Source of the DNA: a virus
Direction: 5' to 3' (one strand)
Virus record (IMG/VR): IMGVR_UViG_3300023063_000002
Span: 12,415 to 76,414 of that record
Length of the DNA: 64,000 nucleotides
Shown: positions 10,901 through 18,876 of the stretch, piece by piece
Position numbering within the stretch: position 1 is the first letter of the stretch
How the letters are laid out: the number at the start of each line of letters is the position of its first letter
The notes under the pieces: generated by a model
What the model was told of the DNA's origin: nothing
Databases searched by the model: none
What the model saw: only the letters and a program-made list of their open reading frames with translations
Position numbers and translations under genes: made by a program

Positions 10901-13614
10901 AGTGCGGTAGCAGTAAGGATTGATTCTCCAACTACAGCAACCAAGATTGTCTTGATAGCACCAGCTGGGAAGAATAACAAACCAAACCCAGCAAGAGCTA
11001 AGCCCATTACTTTGAGGATTTCAGGGGCTTCAGTCTTAAGCAGCTCAAATGCTTTCTTAAGTTTCTGACCAAAGCTATCGGCTACGTTACTAAGGATATC
11101 ACCAAGACCAGCGAAGTTAGCACCAATTTTATCACCAAGAGATGCTTGACCAGTAAGTTCACGGAATAGTTTACCTACATAAGCTTTGAACTTATCAAGA
11201 CCTTTCTTAGCGCGAGTCAAAAGACTATTGGATTGACTAACTACATCATCCATTGTATCAGTCCACCAAGAGTGACCAATTACTTCATCCCAGATACGTT
11301 TAAACTGTTTAATAACGTAGTTAGCAAAGCTGTCAATTGCTTTACCGGTAGCACTAGCCATTTGGTAAACTTGTAGTGGTACTTGAAGAGTTAATGCATC
11401 CAACCAATGCTGAAATTTAGTAGCAGCACCAGGATCATATGTAAGGTTATAACGAATCTCACGAAGGAAGGATTTACCAATATGCTTAACAGCGCCCATC
11501 TTAAGGCGATCTTGCATATCAACAGAGCCACCTTTAATCTCATCTAAGCCACTAGCGATATAGGCTTTAAAACGGTCAAATCCAGATTTGGTGTTAGTAG
11601 CAAGCTTGTCAGCACCATCAGACATTGAAGTGATGATGTCATCCCAGCCATACTTGCCAGTTACATTAGACCAAATATTTTTGAAAGTGTTAATAACAAA
11701 GTCACTGAACTTAGTGAGCCCATTACGAGTATCACTCAGCAAAGACTTAGAAGTATTAACTACACTTTCTACAGTGTCAGTCCACCATGAGTGGCCGATA
11801 ACTGCATCCCAGATTTCGAAGAAGTATTGAATAACCTTGACACTGAAATCTTTGATTGCTGTACCTGCTTTACGAGCCATATCTACAGCACCAGAGATTA
11901 CATCTTGGAATGTATTGTTACCGAGAGTTACACTACCGAATTTATCAAACTCAGCACGAAGCTTACGGATACCAATAATACTAAGTGCTACTGGGCCATA
12001 AAACTTATTATCCCAAGCACGACCAAGAGCAGTAGCAACTTTATCTACTGTTGCGAAGAGAGCATTGAATACTGATACGGCTGCTTGTACTAAAGCCCTA
12101 GGTGCTACTTTGAGTACATCCACTAGAGCGTTAATCACACCAATGTAAGTATCACCAAGCAGTTCTTCAATTACTCGTTTGAAGTCTACTAGTTTAACTT
12201 GCATACCACTAATACCTCGAATCAGCTGTGCAAAACTTCTCATCAATGGATCTACAGCACCAACTTGGATACGGACAATAGTATCACTGATCAAACCAAA
12301 GTAGATAAGTACACCATCAAATGCTGATTTAACTGAACGACCAAAGTTACGATAAGCTACAAAGAAACCTGAGGAATTAGCTTGTACAGCTACTGCGAGT
12401 TCTCTAAATGCTTTACCATATTGATAAAGAACATTTGTATTAAAGAACGAAGCAAGACTACCAGTAGATAGAACACCACTAAATGCATCAGTAGTTAAAC
12501 GACGAATCTGTTTAATGGCCTTTTCGACTGGGGTATTAAATGTAAACAAATCAGTTAAGAAGTACTTAGCATCACGATTTGTTTGTGAGAAGAAGTTATT
12601 AAAGTAAGCATCAATCTCATGGAATGCATACTTAGTATCACCAATCAGAGTACGAGAAAACCATACCTTTGGCATTGCCATTACTAGTTGATCACCCAAG
12701 GATTTAAAGATGCTAATCAATGGTACTGCAATCACTGCAACATTAGCCAGCATTAGTTTAGCATTAGCAGCAAAGATGGCAGCATCTACTGCGATACCTT
12801 TAGCTGACTGACGAATACCATGAGCTACTGCTACAAGGCCTGTACCAAGACTCTCACTAGCACCCAAGCCTAGCAGCAACTCATTAACCCACTCAGCGGT
12901 AGATTGCTTGATTAGCTGAATACCCTGGCCAGCAGTAGGAGCCATCAAAGCAAATTCTTTGTTAAGCTTATCTGTTTGACTTAAGAGGCCTTTAAATACG
13001 ATATCACTAGTTAACTTGCCTTCGTTAGCAAGACCACGCATTTGACCGATAGACAAGCCCAGATTATCTGCAATGGCTTGAATGATACGAGGAGTCTGTT
13101 CCAAGACAGAGTTAAACTCGTCACCACGAAGGACACCTGAACCTAAGCCCTGACCTAACTGGATGAGAGCACCGTTAGCACCCTCAACACTGGCACCAGA
13201 GATGGCTACAGCTTGTTGAACAGCACGAGTTGCCTTCAGGATTGAATCAGTAGAAGCACCAGTTGCTTTCAAAGAACGACCAAGCACACCAAATGATGTG
13301 GCAGTACCTTCAATGGAACCACGTGTTTGTTCAGAAATATCTAACAGTTGTTGCTGAGCATAAACAAGCTCTTTAGTACGGCCTGTTACCAAGGCAATTT
13401 TATTACCAAGATCAGTAAATTGATCTGAAATCTTTACTACGATACCAAACGAGCCAAGTGAGAAAGCACCAAGTGCTAACGACTTAACCATTGTACCCAG
13501 CGAGTTAGTTACGCTATCAGTAGTTTTCTTAATCCCATTTAAGGAATCATTAATCTTCTTTAGGTCTCTATCCGCTGAGTCTGATCTGGTTTGTACATCA
13601 ATTTCTACAGACAT
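4984..13614 (-). CDS. Tail tape measure protein (2876 aa)
   Basis: N-terminal tape-measure domain (DQFTDLGNKIALVTG...GSGVLRGDEFNSVLEQTPRI); long Ala/Gly-rich helical region; C-terminal YAVGGIIPG...AHGGEVIL motif; position after the tail chaperones. Confidence 0.92.
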   Translation of the reverse strand: MSVEIDVQTRSDSADRDLKKINDSLNGIKKTTDSVTNSLGTMVKSLALGAFSLGSFGIVVKISDQFTDLGNKIALVTGRTKELVYAQQQLLDISEQTRGSIEGTATSFGVLGRSLKATGASTDSILKATRAVQQAVAISGASVEGANGALIQLGQGLGSGVLRGDEFNSVLEQTPRIIQAIADNLGLSIGQMRGLANEGKLTSDIVFKGLLSQTDKLNKEFALMAPTAGQGIQLIKQSTAEWVNELLLGLGASESLGTGLVAVAHGIRQSAKGIAVDAAIFAANAKLMLANVAVIAVPLISIFKSLGDQLVMAMPKVWFSRTLIGDTKYAFHEIDAYFNNFFSQTNRDAKYFLTDLFTFNTPVEKAIKQIRRLTTDAFSGVLSTGSLASFFNTNVLYQYGKAFRELAVAVQANSSGFFVAYRNFGRSVKSAFDGVLIYFGLISDTIVRIQVGAVDPLMRSFAQLIRGISGMQVKLVDFKRVIEELLGDTYIGVINALVDVLKVAPRALVQAAVSVFNALFATVDKVATALGRAWDNKFYGPVALSIIGIRKLRAEFDKFGSVTLGNNTFQDVISGAVDMARKAGTAIKDFSVKVIQYFFEIWDAVIGHSWWTDTVESVVNTSKSLLSDTRNGLTKFSDFVINTFKNIWSNVTGKYGWDDIITSMSDGADKLATNTKSGFDRFKAYIASGLDEIKGGSVDMQDRLKMGAVKHIGKSFLREIRYNLTYDPGAATKFQHWLDALTLQVPLQVYQMASATGKAIDSFANYVIKQFKRIWDEVIGHSWWTDTMDDVVSQSNSLLTRAKKGLDKFKAYVGKLFRELTGQASLGDKIGANFAGLGDILSNVADSFGQKLKKAFELLKTEAPEILKVMGLALAGFGLLFFPAGAIKTILVAVVGESILTATALIAEKFAGGLFGTSFIMSSSIAMGKVAGYFAVQFVKEIPQFVNALTGIASGFVQGFLSQIPLIGTALSGVLSAATVIGTAGPLGLIGAYFFGKSILPILANFKFMEKPLKLFAKFGAWVELQAAGTGILQRFLFGVVGPARMIAGVGLLLSSLGGFDSLFGDSVIGRTVTDGGLLFLLLYGDRARTIAADAIYGSIVTPLIAAVQSVSRRVSFGGTNLFDIIWGSSGPAFFASAKTWLTTAFKKVGDIVVEYGSTIGRRAIDIGKLFLFGSDPEQTTGKFKAAFQAAIDTIKNGFTKLGEFAKKSNFIKNLFEGDGGPSGIQKIIAKIKGIFTTALVPEGGEHLPEGQAGPGRPAGAPAEGPVNRPAGGSAGDAAAEALRRIREGTDGLERRAGEVGGETGILGRIFFGRYGKLVVVGLALLAFAGIASAAESTSQDIGLKNYSVFDGVMSNIKYYFKNDPIKAWLGTIGATTVAAFLLIPGLIRPAIMGVASLLATVLGPAFARMAAAIAFSFNAGPLVNLGGQAETLAASIGLSMAKIKSFTAAAAIGGGIGALVGGDGQTAAIFAGISVAAVQLFTMLPVAARASMAATIASVRLMSIEFIASFGTIGEAASVMWGYILGPIGLIIAATLGLGAVLTAVFGEGDTFGEKLDDVFRRMLVSLGLLQQGATVLGEKLEKAVPNNKRKFGIIDVEYSFKSVDFTKLDSGAKENATKLTEKLAEVVSKGHEEQDQFGEVSKITADNITTVNKQLNNYIKKLEGMSRKDINDSLGDANESNQTKIGLTDWSTKIKQSGLDKELFMAASKFTDILKTDQSNPAALKGLADLRNNKNTSLYRANYKEADPYTKNLQSIYSKIDGNAMDLGSDPNMSPYEKNNNNRISTRFSNSSLELEKANAAYADAKETSFAPFSGKDPNLIAASTNRDGARAAALFDAKQVLAIQTVNKAVAAYQKKLGDLDTQMTKVGLTFEDSPLFTAGKGSDTDSYGFAVDRLQTRINELEQLVNASKRTKDAAGALANFLSVRDAKSSLVLDQRQGADMNTLNPDALATKSFDKAGVTFDAKSLSSLSPTFNLQLAYMAQALEKNKAKLNLKEYIIRDDMTSDEKTRIASMMAGVKAEIAKGADDINRVFIEKAFAAGTSSYQRNNMLKGMGVQTPDDVATYSSDDKLKEYQAKEAQLKIIEDSISNATVDPNISDDKYKAFKKQIAALRYELTTLAPVSKTAQASLERLATVNFSITSTQVSKIPADVLKSQLANADRMKVINDQLADPAGISLDTQKSLGAEQAKLRRQGDEASAKYIPRSFSDKLSAISSAGANIDLTSALKLPSGTVDQYTKIADQIAIMQRQASDMNLSSKQVEKLGVSYQVAVKQLRALTESSMDYGQQLTFVNAQFTDAKITPEEWGRMQDKQRVSLVKLAQETRNYSELLDESRSTDPVIAKKALDTIKANNKAALEMTTTRNSTKRGSDLLTKAGVTVSDTDYSQTKIASRPDLEAIAQKIITQTDQLDGLDAATRKVAEASLTDMRKSLVKGLAVATQSKGVDKLNKAGITITEDAYNTISDTRQKILDGYVDGITKQRGILADGGASEQARMTAQITIDQLQDKIGREITLYTMKKEDSPAYQAGITFAQNITQDVGDGISEILKGKETGRQALTHLADTFTNGIIDSFVGGLMNGITGKSGFIQKTLASLTSGIFDMASGLFGADPQKSEKDLLTSATIDATAATRALTAALGGTPDALAGVLPGGAGTGLDASGMAIAGKSDPTYDATALRMGVTTLGGTLSASNITLGSVLSLGIKTMGGSLGVALQGLASVLGVSGGSSSGGLLGTLVSTGLSLFSGSSGGFTSSATSDALLSSVSAGTLSSGTSALTNLDWMDGIKTTGSYAVGGIIPGARGMPKPIMAHGGEVILNAAQQNALLHGGAGKSEQAFNISVTGDISRQTRYEIQKMIPQIASGVNQHNYENGKSS

Positions 13615-13631
13615 GTTTATTTCCTTAAAAT

Positions 13632-13677
13632 AAGCCCTCCGACGATTGACTTATAAAGGTCAGCCATCAGAGGGCTT
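13632..13677 (-). terminator. Long imperfect hairpin just upstream of the tape measure gene (terminator or processing site)
   Basis: Inverted repeat AAGCCCTC...GAGGGCTT with inner pairing, followed by ATTTT on the minus strand. Confidence 0.4.
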
Positions 13678-13678
13678 G

Positions 13679-14002
13679 TCAGCGGTAGGACACAATGACA
13701 CCGGATGGAGTCACATCTTTGTTTTCTAACACTACTTTTTCAATAAAGAAAGCCGGTGCTTGAGCAGAGGTCCCTTCATTTAATTCTTTGATGTAAGGAA
13801 CATCGTTAGTGATAATTGCTTTACCATTAACATATTCAACTTGCCATCCATCACGAGCATGACCTGTTTTAACAGGAGTAGCTTCTTTTAGTTCTGCAAC
13901 TAGCTTCTCAGATACTGGTTTAAGCCTGAGTTGTTTAGCTGCTTCTAAATTAGCTTTTAGCTTAGCCATCTCAGCCTTGATACCATTAACCTGTAGCTTC
14001 AT
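13679..14002 (-). CDS. HK97 gp10-like tail completion / neck protein
   Basis: TPVKTGHARDGW and NDVPYIKELNEGTS motifs typical of this family. Confidence 0.7.
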   Translation of the reverse strand: MKLQVNGIKAEMAKLKANLEAAKQLRLKPVSEKLVAELKEATPVKTGHARDGWQVEYVNGKAIITNDVPYIKELNEGTSAQAPAFFIEKVVLENKDVTPSGVIVSYR

Positions 14003-14280
14003 TACATTTCCAATTTATGACCACCAGCTGCACCCATCATCATACTAAACAATACAGATTGTTTTAATGAAGTAGTAGCTGCAATGCTTTCTGGTTTATT
14101 TGTTGTCTTGTCAGCAGGTCTAACAGGGTTGAAGATTGGCCCAAGTGAAGGGAATAACTCATAGGGTTTAGCCTTAACACCCTTAATTTGGAGTAAAGGC
14201 ATTACTCTATTATCTTCTCTCCAACCCACAGGCCTAGCCTCAAAATACGATTGCCAGCCTAAATACTCATCATAAGTCAT
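14002..14280 (-). CDS. Tail assembly chaperone C-terminal extension (G-T type); the frame stays open upstream to about 14364
   Basis: The same frame reads FKVNLTAEEIDLYELAYLLHKSINEIYDMTYDEYLGW and overlaps the end of the upstream chaperone in the -1 frame. Confidence 0.6.
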   Translation of the reverse strand: MTYDEYLGWQSYFEARPVGWREDNRVMPLLQIKGVKAKPYELFPSLGPIFNPVRPADKTTNKPESIAATTSLKQSVLFSMMMGAAGGHKLEM

Positions 14281-14354
14281 ATCATATATTTCATTGATAG
14301 ATTTATGCAGTAAGTAAGCTAGCTCGTAGAGGTCTATCTCTTCAGCTGTTAGGT

Positions 14355-14657
14355 TTACTTTGAAGCCTTCTCACCAGCAACACCCGAGAATTCCATAATT
14401 TGCGTAGACAGCTTCGACAGTTCATCCATTGGGAAGCCATTGAAGTCGTCATCCGTAAGCTGATCACCTTCATCAACCGAAGCGCGAATCACAACACGCA
14501 GTACATCGAAACCTTTACTTTGATCTGCTTCAATTGCTTTAGCAGCATCTTGAATCTCAGTAATCTGAGCGACCGACAGCTTATTAATCACGACGTCTTG
14601 ACCCATGAACTTGATCGTTTTCGACATCTTTTTACCAACCAGCGATTTGATACCCAT
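14355..14657 (-). CDS. Tail assembly chaperone (lambda G-like)
   Basis: 100-aa acidic protein between tail tube and tape measure, with an overlapping -1 frame ORF. Confidence 0.65.
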   Translation of the reverse strand: MGIKSLVGKKMSKTIKFMGQDVVINKLSVAQITEIQDAAKAIEADQSKGFDVLRVVIRASVDEGDQLTDDDFNGFPMDELSKLSTQIMEFSGVAGEKASK

Positions 14658-14662
14658 GATAT

Positions 14663-14932
14663 TTATTCCTTATTGAAAATATGTTTATTGTGCAATTGAA
14701 AGTCATCCAGCATACCGCGCATCTTGTGCAGAGCGTCTAGTGCTTGAAGGACTTCTGTAGATTTTTCTTGATTACCATGAAACTCTGGCATACGATCAAA
14801 CGTTTTTCGAATGCTCATGTCAATGCTCTTACGCATATGTTTAGCAGTCGTACGAAGAACATATCCAACAGAGAATGGCGTAGAGTCTTGATCACTCATA
14901 TTGTCTTTCATGTTGAAATGAATTAAGGGCAT
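14663..14932 (-). CDS. Hypothetical protein in tail module
   Basis: ORF in the gene-dense tail operon; probable start at MSDQDSTPF. Confidence 0.5.
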   Translation of the reverse strand: MPLIHFNMKDNMSDQDSTPFSVGYVLRTTAKHMRKSIDMSIRKTFDRMPEFHGNQEKSTEVLQALDALHKMRGMLDDFQLHNKHIFNKE

Positions 14933-15005
14933 ATTTACGGTATAATATTTAATACTCTCTACCTACTGTTAGCCGAGTACCCTTAAAACTTAATTAACCT
15001 AGTTA

Positions 15006-15623
15006 TTAGCTCGATGCGGTGGTATAAGCACCAAAGAATTCCGACTGCAACGAGAAGGCGATCGTAGCTTGGGTCGAGTCCGTCAGACTTGGAGTGACCA
15101 GCAGCGATTCAATCTTACCATAGAAGAAGAACTGACTATTAGGGATCGTACCGATACCAGCAGGGGTGGACGAGTACTTCGTAGCACCAACGCCCAGACT
15201 ATCCGTCAGAGCCAGGGTGAAGCGCCAGACACGCGATTGACCATCGCCAATCATGTTACCCAGAACCGTACCCGTTGGGCCTTTAGCCCAGTCAGCAGGA
15301 ATGTAGTTGATTGTGACTTCCAGCGAAGGAGCATCAGCTTGACCTTGAATGGTCTGCGACGTTTTCGAACCATACTTAGGAACGTTAACGATGTTAGCTG
15401 GCGTACCAATAGCTGGGTAATCACGAACGTTGGTCATGCGACGGAAACCACCAGCTGCAACAGCCGTTTCATCAGCAAACAGGGCAGCAAAGCCAGTAAT
15501 CGACGTGGTATCACCTGGCAGCGTTGGGGCCGTAGCTGCAACTGCAACGTTAGCGGTTACGACACCAGTGGCAACCGACAAGTCCGAAAACATTGCGGCG
15601 CCAATAGAATTGATGTGCGACAT
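15006..15623 (-). CDS. Major tail (tube) protein
   Basis: 205 aa; NVRDYPAIGTPANIVNVPKYG...IQGQADAPSLEVTINY pattern of siphovirus tube proteins; codon usage like a highly expressed gene; synteny. Confidence 0.72.
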   Translation of the reverse strand: MSHINSIGAAMFSDLSVATGVVTANVAVAATAPTLPGDTTSITGFAALFADETAVAAGGFRRMTNVRDYPAIGTPANIVNVPKYGSKTSQTIQGQADAPSLEVTINYIPADWAKGPTGTVLGNMIGDGQSRVWRFTLALTDSLGVGATKYSSTPAGIGTIPNSQFFFYGKIESLLVTPSLTDSTQATIAFSLQSEFFGAYTTASS

Positions 15624-15625
15624 AT

Positions 15626-16039
15626 TTATTTTACTCCATAGTAATTAAAAGGGATTGTGTAGAGTGTTTTAGCTAAGCTTGTATTTGCACCATCAGAGGC
15701 TGTTTCGCCTAGTGTGGAACTGATCAGCTGAGTAGTCGATCCATTATCTGACACAAATACTTTACCTGCTAGATAACCATCTAAAATATCCGCTATAAGA
15801 AAGGCTCTTGTTGGACCCTCACCTGCGGATGTAAATATCTCTACGAGTAGTTGACCGGATACAGACTGTAGTTGATTAGCAACTTGATAGCGAGAGGCAA
15901 GAACAGTAATTCGAAGAAACTCCGACAAACCATTTTGACCCGTATAATTAGTGGGAAAGACAGCGATGTTTTGACCTATCCAAGCCGCACTATCAAATAC
16001 GCTAAACACATCGTTAAGCACTGATTCATATTTACCCAT
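15626..16039 (-). CDS. Tail terminator protein
   Basis: 137 aa directly before the tube gene; GQLLVEIFTSAGEG pattern. Confidence 0.6.
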   Translation of the reverse strand: MGKYESVLNDVFSVFDSAAWIGQNIAVFPTNYTGQNGLSEFLRITVLASRYQVANQLQSVSGQLLVEIFTSAGEGPTRAFLIADILDGYLAGKVFVSDNGSTTQLISSTLGETASDGANTSLAKTLYTIPFNYYGVK

Positions 16040-16416
16040 TAGGTTTCCCTTGCGAAGATAATATATGTCAAGTACTCATCAGATGTAAACGGTGGTATGA
16101 TCCTCCAAGTGTAGCCGTCGAATGTGGCCGAATCGTAGAGGTCAGGATGCCCAACCGTTGTTGCATCAAACATTAGAGTCTTAGTCATTGTTGTTGAGGG
16201 CATGATGGCTCCGCCAACACTTTGTCCACCAGACTTCTCATCTGTTGGAACGCCCTTTGTAGTTACAGTTTGTATATCATCCGATAACTCAACCAATTTA
16301 GTACCGAAGTTAAACTTTTTAGCCGTCACCAAAGTAAATGTTACTGTAGTGGCTAGAGTACCAATTAGCTTATAAGCCATTTTAACTTCACGTCTAGCGA
16401 GGGCCTTAAGATCCAT
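16039..16416 (-). CDS. Head closure / stopper protein
   Basis: 125-aa beta-rich ORF between adaptor and terminator. Confidence 0.55.
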   Translation of the reverse strand: MDLKALARREVKMAYKLIGTLATTVTFTLVTAKKFNFGTKLVELSDDIQTVTTKGVPTDEKSGGQSVGGAIMPSTTMTKTLMFDATTVGHPDLYDSATFDGYTWRIIPPFTSDEYLTYIIFARET

Positions 16417-16892
16417 TAATTAGCTCTCCAATAAGGGCTTGAGCCTCTATTAACTAGCAATGGAGTAATAAGGCTTCTAACCTTAGAAGGAATAGTTGGC
16501 GCATTTAATACCAAATCTAAGTGGATAGGGCCGACAGTAAGATTCTTTACAGAACCAGTATCGTCCGTCACATTAGGATTAAGTAGTAAATGATAAGCTA
16601 ATTCTAGAGTTGCATTGAGAATACGATTAGGTATAATGCTTGCAAGATACACACGACCACCTAAACGTGGATCGAAGTAAGTACCGTTTCTCGGGAAGGC
16701 CATTGGTTGATCAATCTCAATCACGGTACCTACCCAAGGTTTATCATCTAGAATACTAGAGGCTGTAACAAGTGCTTGAGCCTTTTCTTCTGGTGTAGCA
16801 AGAGTTGCAGCATCCACATTAAGCCTATCAGCAAAGTAGGCATCGAAGTCTGCAACTTCTGCGTAAGAATTAATACCTTTGGTAAGTGCCAT
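16416..16892 (-). CDS. Head-tail adaptor (DnaT-like domain family)
   Basis: NSYAEVADFDAYF...ALVTAS...MAFPR...IP..I..A..ELA pattern; immediately after the capsid gene. Confidence 0.65.
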   Translation of the reverse strand: MALTKGINSYAEVADFDAYFADRLNVDAATLATPEEKAQALVTASSILDDKPWVGTVIEIDQPMAFPRNGTYFDPRLGGRVYLASIIPNRILNATLELAYHLLLNPNVTDDTGSVKNLTVGPIHLDLVLNAPTIPSKVRSLITPLLVNRGSSPYWRAN

Positions 16893-16902
16893 GACTTAGC
16901 TC

Positions 16903-18084
16903 TTACGAGTGGAAGATTGGCAGAATACCCAGGCCCAGAGCCGAGTTAGTCTTACGTTCCCACGTACCGGTCGTGGTAGTACCAACAGTAGCATTGATCA
17001 GCAGTTCTGGAACACCACCCGTTACCGAGTTCATGTAGTCAGCATCCGAAGGGAATTTCTGATCCGAACCTTTCCAGTTGTAACCACTAGGGTGAGCAAC
17101 ATAACCCCAACGATACCAGATATTCGTAGAACCACCACCATTGTACGTATTACCAATGCGGGTGATTTCCGTTGGCGTTTCAACCGACAGGTTTTCCAGA
17201 GCGATCGAACCTGGCAGAACCAAGAACGACGTTTTCGAACCAACGATATCAATACCGGCACCGGTGTTAATCTTAGCCAGCTGAGCCGACGAGAAACCTT
17301 GCGATGCACGCGTCATGATCAGACGGAACTTACCACCGAAGATCGTCTCGAACGAGATATTAGCTTCCGACACTTTATCCTGATCAATCAGGTTAGCCGA
17401 ACGCAGCGACATCAGGGTTTGTGGCGAGACAACCAGATACGTGAACTCAGGCTCATAGTCTTTCCAACCCATACCCAGAGCTTGCAGGAAGCCTTCAGCA
17501 CGAGCAGCACCTTGAACAGCAGCCGTAGCAGCAACCACTGGCGTGTTAGCACCCAGGTCAACATAGAAACCATATGCTTTGTCCGTAGGGTCATTGTCAA
17601 ACGTTTGACCACCTTTACCAGCAACCGTAGTGCTCGAACCATTAGCAGCACCTTGCAGAGCTTCGGTAATGGCAACACCCTTCATGACTGCCAGGATAGC
17701 ATTGTGTTCGTCTTGAGCACGAGTCTCAGCAAAGTCACGACCAACTTTACCCAGACCATCATCTTGCGTGATGATTTGTTGCAGGTTAACTTTTTCAGCA
17801 CCATGCGTACGAACAGTCTTCACATAGTTAGCGAATTCCGAGCCATACGTGGTTGGGGTACCAGCCGTAGCATCAGTCAGCGATGCAACGTTGATAATTG
17901 GATTCAGAGGTTTGAACCAACGCATTTGACCAATGAAGGTCTCCGTGCTGACATCAATTTTAGCGTCAGTACCAACGATACCGGTACCCGACAGTTTCTT
18001 AGCATTCGTATACGCTTCATCGGCGTAGGCCGTAATAGAAGCTTGCAAGAGATAATTACTTGCGCCTGCTGGGGAAGTCAACAT
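16903..18084 (-). CDS. Major capsid protein
   Basis: 393 aa following a coiled-coil scaffold gene; strong high-expression codon bias; HK97-type size and context. Confidence 0.8.
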   Translation of the reverse strand: MLTSPAGASNYLLQASITAYADEAYTNAKKLSGTGIVGTDAKIDVSTETFIGQMRWFKPLNPIINVASLTDATAGTPTTYGSEFANYVKTVRTHGAEKVNLQQIITQDDGLGKVGRDFAETRAQDEHNAILAVMKGVAITEALQGAANGSSTTVAGKGGQTFDNDPTDKAYGFYVDLGANTPVVAATAAVQGAARAEGFLQALGMGWKDYEPEFTYLVVSPQTLMSLRSANLIDQDKVSEANISFETIFGGKFRLIMTRASQGFSSAQLAKINTGAGIDIVGSKTSFLVLPGSIALENLSVETPTEITRIGNTYNGGGSTNIWYRWGYVAHPSGYNWKGSDQKFPSDADYMNSVTGGVPELLINATVGTTTTGTWERKTNSALGLGILPIFHS

Positions 18085-18103
18085 TACTTTATTTCCTTAT
18101 TAT

Positions 18104-18799
18104 TTACGTCTTACGTTTGGGGAGTTTACCCTCAGCCGCCATCTTGAGAACTTCAGCTTGGGTTAGTTTAAACAGAGATTTGCCATCGTTACCACTAGCA
18201 ACACCTTCTGCTTCTTTACTACCACCACCACTATTTGATTTAGCCTTGAGCAAGAACGAGTTCTGTTCATCTTTAGCATAAGCTGCTGCAAACTCTTTAA
18301 TCGAGATACCAGTGCGATGCAGCCAATCACCTTTATCATTACGTACAAGTTGACTAGTTACTTCACGATGAGCCATGTCAGACGCAGTACTATTACGGAA
18401 TGTAAATTCTTTGAGTGCGTCACGCACGGAAACATCACGGCTTAGTTCCGTGTTTTTCGCTTCAAGGGAGTCACGTTCAGCTTTAAGTTTAGCCTTGTCT
18501 TCTTCCTGCTCGGTAATCTTCAATTCATACAATGCTTTGTAGTCGTTAGCTTCTTCAAGCTTCTTTTTCTCAGCATCACGTTTTTCTTGTTTCAGAGTCT
18601 CAGCATCCTTGAGCGCAGCATCACGACTAGCGTAAGCAGCATCCAATTTGTCTTTAATCCCTTTGAGATTTTCATCAACCTTAGCTTGAACTAGCTTTGC
18701 AAGCATCTCCGAATCTTGTTCTTCTTTAGTCTTTTGAATTTCGACTTCAGTAGCTGTAACGATTGGATTGCCATCTGCATCAAGTTGTGGAGTAGTCAT
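18104..18799 (-). CDS. Capsid scaffolding protein
   Basis: Charged coiled-coil (EKKKLEEANDYKALYE) with SGGG linker near the C-terminus; precedes the capsid gene. Confidence 0.72.
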   Translation of the reverse strand: MTTPQLDADGNPIVTATEVEIQKTKEEQDSEMLAKLVQAKVDENLKGIKDKLDAAYASRDAALKDAETLKQEKRDAEKKKLEEANDYKALYELKITEQEEDKAKLKAERDSLEAKNTELSRDVSVRDALKEFTFRNSTASDMAHREVTSQLVRNDKGDWLHRTGISIKEFAAAYAKDEQNSFLLKAKSNSGGGSKEAEGVASGNDGKSLFKLTQAEVLKMAAEGKLPKRKT

Positions 18800-18876
18800 T
18801 TATTTCTTTCTGAGGGCACAGCCCATTAGTTTATAGTAAGTAAGGAAACACAGTTTCAATACAGTTTGTTACAGTC

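Noticed and set aside
16909-18147. 412-aa plus-strand ORF
   Set aside because: Antisense shadow of the capsid gene caused by its codon bias; no ribosome-binding site or recognisable motifs. The same applies to 15069..15641, 5252..5842, 56899..57570 and the other plus-strand ORFs.
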